From the IMG/VR virus record IMGVR_UViG_3300027759_000044: 64,000 nt of DNA, one strand, 5' to 3'. A program made the position numbers and the translations under genes. Under the pieces are notes generated by a model. It worked only from the letters and a program-made list of their open reading frames with translations, had not been told where the DNA came from and made no database searches. Positions 16,959 through 24,986 of the stretch are shown one piece after another (position 1 is the first letter of the stretch; every line of letters begins with the position of its first letter). The DNA comes from a virus (taxonomy: Duplodnaviria > Caudoviricetes).

Positions 16959-17922
16959 TATACTAGTTACAGGCGGATTAGGACTTATCGGACACAATGT
17001 TGTTCAACGATTACAACGTATGGGGCACCATGTTGCTATAACCGATATACGAACTAACTACGGCATTATCCCACAAGATGAGATAGACTATCTAATGACA
17101 GAAAGGTTAAAGAAAATTCAACCCGGTAGTATCCATGCTATTGATATTTCTAGTGAAAGTATTGATTGGTTATTTGGTCGATACAAGTTTGATACTGTGA
17201 TTCACATGGCTAGCTTTCCAAGACAAAAAGTTGTTAATGCTAACCCAACTATGGGAGCAAAAACAATGATGGAAGGTCTATTGAATTTATGTGAAGTTAG
17301 TAAGAAGCATGGAATAAAGAAATTTGTTTATATCAGTAGTTCAATGGTATATGGTGACTTTACTGATGATGTAACAGAAGATTATAACTGTAAACCACAA
17401 GGACAGTATGGTATTATGAAACTAGCAGGAGAACGATTAGTAGAAGATTATAGCCGACGTGGTTGCTTTAGTCACACAATTATTCGTCCAAGTGCTGTAT
17501 ACGGTGAATTAGATGTTGAGGATCGTGTTATTGCTAAGTTTATGCTTACTGCAATGCGTGGTGGAACACTAAATGTGAATGGTGCAAACGAAACATTAGA
17601 CTTCACCTATGTTGAAGATGCCGCAGATGGAATTGTTGCGGCAGCATTGAGTGATAACACAGAGAACAAGACATATAATATTACTAAGAGCCACAGTCGT
17701 ACATTGTTAGAAGCCGCACAACTAGCATTGAAATTAGCAGGTGGCGGAACATTAGTAGTTAAAGATAAAGATGTTGATTTTCCGAGTCGTGGTGCATTGA
17801 ACATTGATGCCGCTCGTAGAGACTTTGGTTATGATCCTAAAGTAGATGTAGAAGAAGGATTTGAAAAATATTATGAGTGGCTTAGTAATTCCACATTTTG
17901 GTCTAAAAAGACAGTACAGTAA
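16951..17922 (+). CDS. NAD-dependent nucleotide-sugar epimerase/dehydratase (extended SDR)
   Basis: ILVTGGLGLIG, SSSMVYG, YGIMK (YxxxK), RPSAVYG, DFTYVEDAA. Confidence 0.92.
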   Translation: MSNILVTGGLGLIGHNVVQRLQRMGHHVAITDIRTNYGIIPQDEIDYLMTERLKKIQPGSIHAIDISSESIDWLFGRYKFDTVIHMASFPRQKVVNANPTMGAKTMMEGLLNLCEVSKKHGIKKFVYISSSMVYGDFTDDVTEDYNCKPQGQYGIMKLAGERLVEDYSRRGCFSHTIIRPSAVYGELDVEDRVIAKFMLTAMRGGTLNVNGANETLDFTYVEDAADGIVAAALSDNTENKTYNITKSHSRTLLEAAQLALKLAGGGTLVVKDKDVDFPSRGALNIDAARRDFGYDPKVDVEEGFEKYYEWLSNSTFWSKKTVQ

Positions 17923-18940
17923 TCTAAGAGATGAATTACTAGATGCCACAGACCGTGCCCTCAAAGATGGTAAGTTAGTTGGTGGACATTATACACGGTC
18001 ATTTGAAGAATGGCTTAAACACCGCACTAAAACAAAATATGCTATAACTGTACATTCAGGTACACAAGCATTAGAGATTATTGCTCGTTGGAAAAAGATT
18101 AAACATAGTGAGACTATGGAGGGCAATCCAAAGATTCGTATACCCAATTTAACTTACCCTGCTACATTAAATGCCTTTCTAATAGCTGGATGGGATATTG
18201 AATTAGCTGATACTGACAAGAACGGTGTTATTAACATTGAGTTTGGTAGAGGTGGTATATACGATTGTGTGATGGGATTTGCAGGTCGTAAGCCATGGCC
18301 AGATGCTGGCTATTCAAATGCGTATGGAGTAATAGTTGACGGAGCACAACACTGGTTAGCATGTGAGGGTGATGTGGGTAGCGGTATGTCTATTAGTTTT
18401 GATCCTACAAAGAACCTACCTAGTTCAGGCAACGGTGGTGCTATTGTAACCAATGATGAAAAGTTATATCTATATGCCTCAAGTTACAGAGATAACAACA
18501 AACCCTATTTTCATGATGCTGGATCTAATAGTAAAATGAGTGAACAGGATTGTGCTCAAATTCTTGTTAGAGTAAATTATATAGATGAATGGCAAAAACG
18601 TAGAAGTGATATCGCAAAATATTGGTGTGATAAATTTAAAGATTTACCTATAAATTGTTTGTCAGATACCAAAGATCCTCATGCTCATCAAAAGTTTGTG
18701 ATGTACTTAGCCGATCGGAATAGTTTACATACACGTTTACTTAGTGATGGAATTGATACTAAAATTCATTATGAATATGTTTTGGGTGATTTACCAATTG
18801 GTAAGGATTTATCTAAACCCGACTTATTAAGTAATAGTGTATTGTTGTCTAGGGGTGTATTAAGTTTGCCTATGTATCCTGAGTTGACTGATACAGAAGT
18901 ACAATATATTACTGATAAGGTTATTAATTTTCATAAATAG
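17873..18940 (+). CDS. DegT/DnrJ/EryC1/StrS PLP sugar aminotransferase
   Basis: HSGTQAL, DGAQH, SFDPTKNL (PLP lysine), GGAIVTND, LSLPMYPEL. Start placed at ATG 17873. Confidence 0.9.
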   Translation: MSGLVIPHFGLKRQYSNLRDELLDATDRALKDGKLVGGHYTRSFEEWLKHRTKTKYAITVHSGTQALEIIARWKKIKHSETMEGNPKIRIPNLTYPATLNAFLIAGWDIELADTDKNGVINIEFGRGGIYDCVMGFAGRKPWPDAGYSNAYGVIVDGAQHWLACEGDVGSGMSISFDPTKNLPSSGNGGAIVTNDEKLYLYASSYRDNNKPYFHDAGSNSKMSEQDCAQILVRVNYIDEWQKRRSDIAKYWCDKFKDLPINCLSDTKDPHAHQKFVMYLADRNSLHTRLLSDGIDTKIHYEYVLGDLPIGKDLSKPDLLSNSVLLSRGVLSLPMYPELTDTEVQYITDKVINFHK

Positions 18941-18943
18941 CAT

Positions 18944-19933
18944 ATGAAAATATTTCCAATTAAAGTTGAGCGATCCAAACCACTAGCGTATAAATTAATA
19001 GAATGGAAATTACATAATGTGTGTAATCATAACTGTAGTTTTTGCGGCTCCGTACATAAAGATGGCAGTGTTAGGTGGCTTACTTTAGAAAAATACAAAT
19101 TATACGTAGATAAACTTGCCAAGATGTGTGAGGGTCATCCTTTTTGGATTCAATTAACAGGCGGTGAACCTACTCTTTATCCAGACCTACTAGAGTTAAT
19201 AACCTATATTAAGTCTAAGGGAGCAATGATAAGTATGATTTCAAATGGTACAAGAACATTGCGTTGGTGGAAAGAATTACAAGAATCTAATACTATGGAT
19301 TATTTGTTTTTAACGTACCATTCGGAACAAACTAATGATTGGCAACATATAAGTGATGTTGCTAATCTATTCCATGAAAAACCCACAGAAGTAATTATAT
19401 TAATAACTCATACAATTGATTCTTTTGATCAGGCAGTTTTGGGAATGAACAATCTATTAGATAATACCGGAGCTATTATTAATTTAAAAGCAATGTTCAT
19501 AGATGCTTATGATATTTATGACAAATATACCAAAGAACAGCTTAATTCATTAAAAAGTGTTAATTGGGAATTGGGAGCAAAAAGAGATACTAAAACAAAA
19601 TTCCCATATGAAGATAAATTTAAATTAAATCATAAATTAAAAGTAACCTATAATCGACCTAATACGGTGATTGAAGTTGAATCACAAACTCTTATGAAAA
19701 ATAAAAAAAATAATTTTAGAGGATGGGATTGCTTTATAGGAAAAGACACCATTAGGATTGATAGTGAAACCGTATATCGTGGTGTGTGTGGGGAGGGGGA
19801 AGTTAGAAGCCTATCAGACCCAAATTTGTCATTCACATCCGATTCAATAGTATGCGGGATTAAAGAATGTTATTGCGGATCAGACATGATAGCAACTAAA
19901 ATACTTCCTGAGAGTAAGTATCCCCTGGCATAA
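18944..19933 (+). CDS. Radical SAM protein with Cys-rich C-terminal (SPASM/twitch-like) domain
   Basis: CNHNCSFC (CxxxCxxC), TGGEPT, ISNG; C-terminal C...C...CGIKECYC. Confidence 0.88.
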   Translation: MKIFPIKVERSKPLAYKLIEWKLHNVCNHNCSFCGSVHKDGSVRWLTLEKYKLYVDKLAKMCEGHPFWIQLTGGEPTLYPDLLELITYIKSKGAMISMISNGTRTLRWWKELQESNTMDYLFLTYHSEQTNDWQHISDVANLFHEKPTEVIILITHTIDSFDQAVLGMNNLLDNTGAIINLKAMFIDAYDIYDKYTKEQLNSLKSVNWELGAKRDTKTKFPYEDKFKLNHKLKVTYNRPNTVIEVESQTLMKNKKNNFRGWDCFIGKDTIRIDSETVYRGVCGEGEVRSLSDPNLSFTSDSIVCGIKECYCGSDMIATKILPESKYPLA

Positions 19934-19944
19934 ATAAGGATACT

Positions 19945-20403
19945 ATGTGGATACTATCATTACTACCCGACGCCGCAATACATATAATCTTTGGATTAGG
20001 TATTTTGGGCACTATCGCAGGATTCGTCCTAGGATTCATTCCTTTTGTCAAAACATATCAATTTGCTATACAAATATGTAGCATTATTGTACTTGTATTT
20101 GGCGTCTATCTTGAGGGAGGCTTAGCCGACTACAAAGAGTGGGAACTCAAAGTCAAAGAAATGGAAGCTAAAGTAGCACAAGCTGAGGCACAATCCGCTA
20201 ATACAAATATTGAGATTCAGGAAAAAATCGTAGAAAAGACTAAAGTTATCCGTGAAAAAGGTAAGGACATTATAAAGTACATTGATAAAGAAGTTATCAA
20301 AAAAGAGGAAGTTATCAAGTATATTGAAAATTGCCCCGTTCCCAAAGAAATCATAGATTTACATAATCAAGCTACTGAATTAAATAAGGCGGCTACAAAA
20401 TGA
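19945..20403 (+). CDS. Putative i-spanin (Rz-like)
   Basis: N-terminal TM segments then coiled coil; ATGA-type overlap into a lipoprotein gene; late promoter at 19930. Confidence 0.65.
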   Translation: MWILSLLPDAAIHIIFGLGILGTIAGFVLGFIPFVKTYQFAIQICSIIVLVFGVYLEGGLADYKEWELKVKEMEAKVAQAEAQSANTNIEIQEKIVEKTKVIREKGKDIIKYIDKEVIKKEEVIKYIENCPVPKEIIDLHNQATELNKAATK

Positions 20404-20660
20404 AATATCTATTAATACTTCTATTATTAGCCGGATGTTCAACAGTAGTTCCTGTTAAACAAAAGTTTCCCAATGCCACTCCCGAATTAATGAAAAAATG
20501 CGAAAGTCTTAAAAAGATTGAGGGTGATAAGGTAGCAATTACAGAAATGCTTAAAGTCATTATATATAACTATTCACTTTACCACGAATGTTCTACTAAG
20601 GTAGAAGGCTGGCAAGATTGGTATAACGAACAGAAAAAGATATTTGACAACGTAAAATAA
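20400..20660 (+). CDS. Putative o-spanin lipoprotein (Rz1-like)
   Basis: Lipobox LLAGC, Pro-containing linker, Cys pair; follows the i-spanin. Confidence 0.7.
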   Translation: MKYLLILLLLAGCSTVVPVKQKFPNATPELMKKCESLKKIEGDKVAITEMLKVIIYNYSLYHECSTKVEGWQDWYNEQKKIFDNVK

Positions 20661-20669
20661 TAGCATATT

Positions 20670-20927
20670 ATGAAGTATTTGATATTATGTATGTTACTAA
20701 CCGGCTGTGCCACCAATAAAGACTTTGAGTTATACCTAGAAGCACAGAAATCCATAAGTAGAGATGCCACTATGAGTGAAGCGGCCCGTATAAGCGTATT
20801 GATTGATATGACCAAGAGTTCTGACAATCAAGTGAAAATGGAAGCAATACGTGCTTTACAAGAGATACAACGTAGTAAAACCCCTATAGTTATTGAAGCC
20901 CCAAAGAAGAATTGGTTCGGCTTTTGA
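20670..20927 (+). CDS. Second small lipoprotein
   Basis: MKYLILCMLLTGC lipobox. Confidence 0.65.
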   Translation: MKYLILCMLLTGCATNKDFELYLEAQKSISRDATMSEAARISVLIDMTKSSDNQVKMEAIRALQEIQRSKTPIVIEAPKKNWFGF

Positions 20928-20955
20928 TAAATACACTAGAGGTCTAGGATTTTAC

Positions 20956-21840
20956 ATGTCACAAGAATTTATTAATACAAGCGGCTCATCAAACAATGCT
21001 AATGTAGATCCATTAAGTACGGCTTTTGTTAACGTAGCTAATAATGTATTTTCTTTACCAACAAGTGACTCAAACGTCCCTTCAATAGTTGAAGTAATCA
21101 ATCCTACAAGCCAAGCTACTAATACTAGTAATACTAATAATCTAAACATTGGTAATGTGTATATTACTAATAGATTTGATAGTAGAGCAAATAATCCTGT
21201 ACTCATTAGACAAAAGCAAAGAGTTACACCACCGGTAACACTTACTGCAATAGAAACAATTGATTCTACTCCGGCACTTTCTATTAATTCAGTTATATAT
21301 GGTAACCAAGAATACATTAACATTGGCGAAACACCAAATGATGGTAATGGAGACCCGTTAAGAACTGCATTTGGTAAAATTAATAACAATTTTTCAAACT
21401 TATTTTTTACTACTACAACTACCAGTACAGCATATACGTCCGGAAATGAACAGAATCAAGTTATACTTGAAATTCCTATAACACGTTTTTATCAAGGTGA
21501 ATTTCAAATTCGTTCAAGTGATTCAGGAACACCTGACATGCAAGATATTACATTGTCTGCTAGTATTACTAATAATCTAGCTGGTGTAAGATTTAGTGGA
21601 CATTCAACACTATTTGAAGGTAATGCTATTTGTAGATATGATATGGATGTATCAGCCGGGAATGTTAGGATTTTAATAAATCCGTTATTAGATATAGGAA
21701 TTGAACATTTTATATCAGCATTTGTAACTTATCCTGATCAGGTAGTGGTATCAGGAATTGAGATTGCATTAGACGGTTATGCTAACGGTTATCTAATGGG
21801 AACCGAAGATGGATTAATATTAACAACGGAATCAGCATGA
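20956..21840 (+). CDS. Virion structural protein with T4 gp9/gp10-like motif
   Basis: YINIGETPNDGNGDPLRTAFGKINNNF; late promoter at 20927; start ATG 20956. Confidence 0.65.
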   Translation: MSQEFINTSGSSNNANVDPLSTAFVNVANNVFSLPTSDSNVPSIVEVINPTSQATNTSNTNNLNIGNVYITNRFDSRANNPVLIRQKQRVTPPVTLTAIETIDSTPALSINSVIYGNQEYINIGETPNDGNGDPLRTAFGKINNNFSNLFFTTTTTSTAYTSGNEQNQVILEIPITRFYQGEFQIRSSDSGTPDMQDITLSASITNNLAGVRFSGHSTLFEGNAICRYDMDVSAGNVRILINPLLDIGIEHFISAFVTYPDQVVVSGIEIALDGYANGYLMGTEDGLILTTESA

Positions 21841-22214
21841 GAGCAAAAGAATTTATAACTGAACAAAACAATCTACCTGATAGAATTACTAAGCCACTTC
21901 CTGCAACATGGATAATACCGGAATTACAAAATCAAAATGCATATTTACAATATAGATTTTCTGTAGCACTAGCTGGCGCCAAAGCTGCCCGTAATGGTGA
22001 CATACCTAAAATGGATAAAGACTCTGTTTGGGGAGAAAATCAACTAGTGTCCGGATATATGAATCCAGATGTAGCAGACGATATTGATTTTGCTTTAGGT
22101 GAAATGGGCCTTAAGGGTAGTAAAGTTTTAGTTACATCTGATCATAGTGAAGAAACACCAGATACCGGGATAGGTAGTCCACTAAAGGCTTTCAAAGGAT
22201 ATAAAAGAAAATGA
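21837..22214 (+). CDS. Putative internal head protein, paralogue A
   Basis: Starts MRAKEFITE; ends PLKAFKGYKRK. Confidence 0.5.
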   Translation: MRAKEFITEQNNLPDRITKPLPATWIIPELQNQNAYLQYRFSVALAGAKAARNGDIPKMDKDSVWGENQLVSGYMNPDVADDIDFALGEMGLKGSKVLVTSDHSEETPDTGIGSPLKAFKGYKRK

Positions 22215-22585
22215 GAGCAAATGAATTTGTATCCGAATCTAAAATCGGTAAAATAGGAAATAGAAAACAAATGTCAACTATAGGTTTACACAAGTTTCGT
22301 GATGAAAACTGTGCCGACCGTACATATGAATTGAATAGAATCATGATGGCAGCAGCCGCTACTGATGGTACTTTTGTACCAGACATTGACGGCGAGAGCT
22401 GGGCCGGAAGATACAATATTGCTGTACCTTACACACAAGAAGAAAGTGATATGTTAATGATGGCCTACAAGGCAGCAGGTTCTGAATTTCACGACTTAAA
22501 TAAAGGTGACTTAAAAAGTAAAGAGTTAGATAGTACCAATATTCAAAGCATAGTTAAACCTTTTAAAGGATACAAAAGAAAATAA
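22211..22585 (+). CDS. Putative internal head protein, paralogue B
   Basis: Starts MRANEFVSE; ends VKPFKGYKRK. Confidence 0.5.
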   Translation: MRANEFVSESKIGKIGNRKQMSTIGLHKFRDENCADRTYELNRIMMAAAATDGTFVPDIDGESWAGRYNIAVPYTQEESDMLMMAYKAAGSEFHDLNKGDLKSKELDSTNIQSIVKPFKGYKRK

Positions 22586-22637
22586 TTTGAGCTACATCAA
22601 TCAGAATAAGTAATTATATCAAATTACAGGATTATAA

Positions 22638-23354
22638 ATGATTGATATTAATAACACACTTGACCTAGTCAAACTTAAATTTTACAACGAATGGCTATAT
22701 ACTGCTCATATATATGAAGAGGGTGAGAGTCAGATGCATGAAGTACTGACTGAAACAGTTGTTGAAAAATATATTGACCCCCTTAACATACAAAAAGACG
22801 CAAAAATACTTGATTTAGGATGTGGTCCGGGCTATTTCATGGATTCAATGAAAAAACGTGGATATACTGATCTTACGGGAGTTACACTAAGTCTCGGTGA
22901 TGTTAAACTATGTGAAGATAAAGGTCATGTTATTAAAAAATACGATTTTAGTTTTCTACCACAAAAAGACGGCTATTATGATGAATCAATTGATTTTATC
23001 TTTTTACGCCAAACACTAGAACATAGTCCATACCCAATATTTACATTAATGGAATACAATCGTGTTCTTAAACAAGGTGGTAAAATTTATATTGAGGTTC
23101 CTGCCCCAAATAATCCAAGACTACATGAAAATAATTTAAATCATTATAGTATTTTGGGAGAACATCAATTAGCTGCATTAGTAGAGCGTACAGGATTTAA
23201 AATCAATCTGTTTGAAAATTTTGAATTTGATCTTAATGTACCGGTACAAGATAATGTAAAGATTAATAATGATGATCCTAGCACATTTACAACAATGAAA
23301 GAAAAATTCTATTGTCTTATTGCTACCAAAGCTAGACCATTAGATATCAAGTAA
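22638..23354 (+). CDS. Class I SAM-dependent methyltransferase
   Basis: ILDLGCGPG motif I, DFIFLRQTLEH, RVLKQGG. Confidence 0.88.
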   Translation: MIDINNTLDLVKLKFYNEWLYTAHIYEEGESQMHEVLTETVVEKYIDPLNIQKDAKILDLGCGPGYFMDSMKKRGYTDLTGVTLSLGDVKLCEDKGHVIKKYDFSFLPQKDGYYDESIDFIFLRQTLEHSPYPIFTLMEYNRVLKQGGKIYIEVPAPNNPRLHENNLNHYSILGEHQLAALVERTGFKINLFENFEFDLNVPVQDNVKINNDDPSTFTTMKEKFYCLIATKARPLDIK

Positions 23355-23357
23355 ATT

Positions 23358-23381
23358 AAAGCACTCTTAGGAGTGCTTTTT
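23358..23381 (+). terminator. Intrinsic terminator
   Basis: AAAGCACTC-TTAG-GAGTGCTTTTT. Confidence 0.8.
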
Positions 23382-23417
23382 AATAGCATCTCTAAATTGC
23401 TTATATAAATACTTGTT

Positions 23418-24965
23418 ATGAGTAATACACCTTCACTAGTAAAGAATCCTTATACTAAAACAGTTTTTAAAACTGATAAAGAACTACAGGATTTCATTAA
23501 ATGTTGTGACCCAGATACAGGTTATCTATACTTCATGGATAACTTTTTTATGATACAACATCCTACGAAAGGTAGTATGGTCTATCATCCCTGGCCCTAT
23601 CAAAAACGATTGATTGAAACATACCACAACTATCGTTATTCAATAAGTTTGATGCCACGACAATCAGGTAAATCAACTTCAGCTGCCGGATATTTACTTT
23701 GGTATGCTATGTTTGTACCAGATAGTACTATCTTAGTTGCGGCACACAAATATACAGGTGCACAGGAGATTATGCAACGTATTCGTTATGCATATGAAAA
23801 TTGCCCCGACTACATAAAAGCGGGCGTAACAACATACAACAAAGGTTCACTAGACTTTGAGAACGGATCTCGTATCGTTTCAGCAACAACTACTGAAAAT
23901 ACAGGTCGTGGTATGTCTATTACCCTACTATACTTAGATGAGTTTGCATTCGTTAGACCAAGTATTGCTAAAGAATTCTGGACAGCTATCACACCAACAC
24001 TATCAACTGGTGGTAAAGCTATTATCACAAGTACTCCAAACAGTGATGAGGATCAATTTGCCTACATTTGGAAAGGTGCTAACAAAACTGAAGATGATTT
24101 TGGTAACACAACAGAAATTGGTGTAAACGGGTTTAGAGCATATAGGGCGCATTGGAGTGAACAACCGGGTCGAGATCAAAAGTGGGCTGATGAAATTAAA
24201 GCACAGTTAGGTGATGATCGGTTTAACCGAGAGATTGGTTGTGAATTTATTATTGCTGACGAAACATTAATCAATCCAAATACATTGATAGCAATGGAAG
24301 GGATAGAACCCGTGAATCGTATAGGACAAGTTCGATGGTATGATAAACCCAAGAAGGGTAATATCTATTGTGTAGGATTAGATCCAAGCTTAGGCACAGG
24401 CGGTGACCCGTCTGCTATACAAATCTTTGAAGCTAATACTACTACTCAAGTAGGTGAATGGAAACACAATAAAACAGACATTCCAAGTCAAATCAAACTA
24501 TTAGCACAGATAAACAAATACATAGCAGAATGTACTAATGAACCTAACAACATATATTACAGTATTGAATGTAACGGGATTGGAGAAGCCGCTATCATAT
24601 CATTAAACGAATACGGTGAAAGCAATATCCCAGGTATTTTTATTAGTGAAGCCGGTAAAGGGCGTAGAGGATTCAACACTACTAATAAAAGCAAATTAGC
24701 AAGTTGCGCTAAGTTCAAAACACTAGTTGAAAGCAAAAAAATGACTGTAAATAGTCGTAGTCTTATTAGTGAAATGAAAGCATTTGTAGCACATGGTGGT
24801 AGTTATGCCGCTAAAATTGGTGACACCGACGATTTGATTATGGCTAGCTTGTTAGTAACTAGAATGTTACAACATTTAAGTGATTATCACGTTAATTTAG
24901 AGACACAGATACGTGACCATGATGAATACATAGCTCCTTTACCCTTCTTTGCGGTCATAAGCTAA
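23418..24965 (+). CDS. terL: Terminase large subunit (T4 gp17-like)
   Basis: MPRQSGKS Walker A, LYLDEFAF Walker B, STPN coupling motif, GLDPSLG nuclease, DDLIMA. Confidence 0.95.
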   Translation: MSNTPSLVKNPYTKTVFKTDKELQDFIKCCDPDTGYLYFMDNFFMIQHPTKGSMVYHPWPYQKRLIETYHNYRYSISLMPRQSGKSTSAAGYLLWYAMFVPDSTILVAAHKYTGAQEIMQRIRYAYENCPDYIKAGVTTYNKGSLDFENGSRIVSATTTENTGRGMSITLLYLDEFAFVRPSIAKEFWTAITPTLSTGGKAIITSTPNSDEDQFAYIWKGANKTEDDFGNTTEIGVNGFRAYRAHWSEQPGRDQKWADEIKAQLGDDRFNREIGCEFIIADETLINPNTLIAMEGIEPVNRIGQVRWYDKPKKGNIYCVGLDPSLGTGGDPSAIQIFEANTTTQVGEWKHNKTDIPSQIKLLAQINKYIAECTNEPNNIYYSIECNGIGEAAIISLNEYGESNIPGIFISEAGKGRRGFNTTNKSKLASCAKFKTLVESKKMTVNSRSLISEMKAFVAHGGSYAAKIGDTDDLIMASLLVTRMLQHLSDYHVNLETQIRDHDEYIAPLPFFAVIS

Positions 24966-24986
24966 GAGGTAAAAGATAAATACAAT

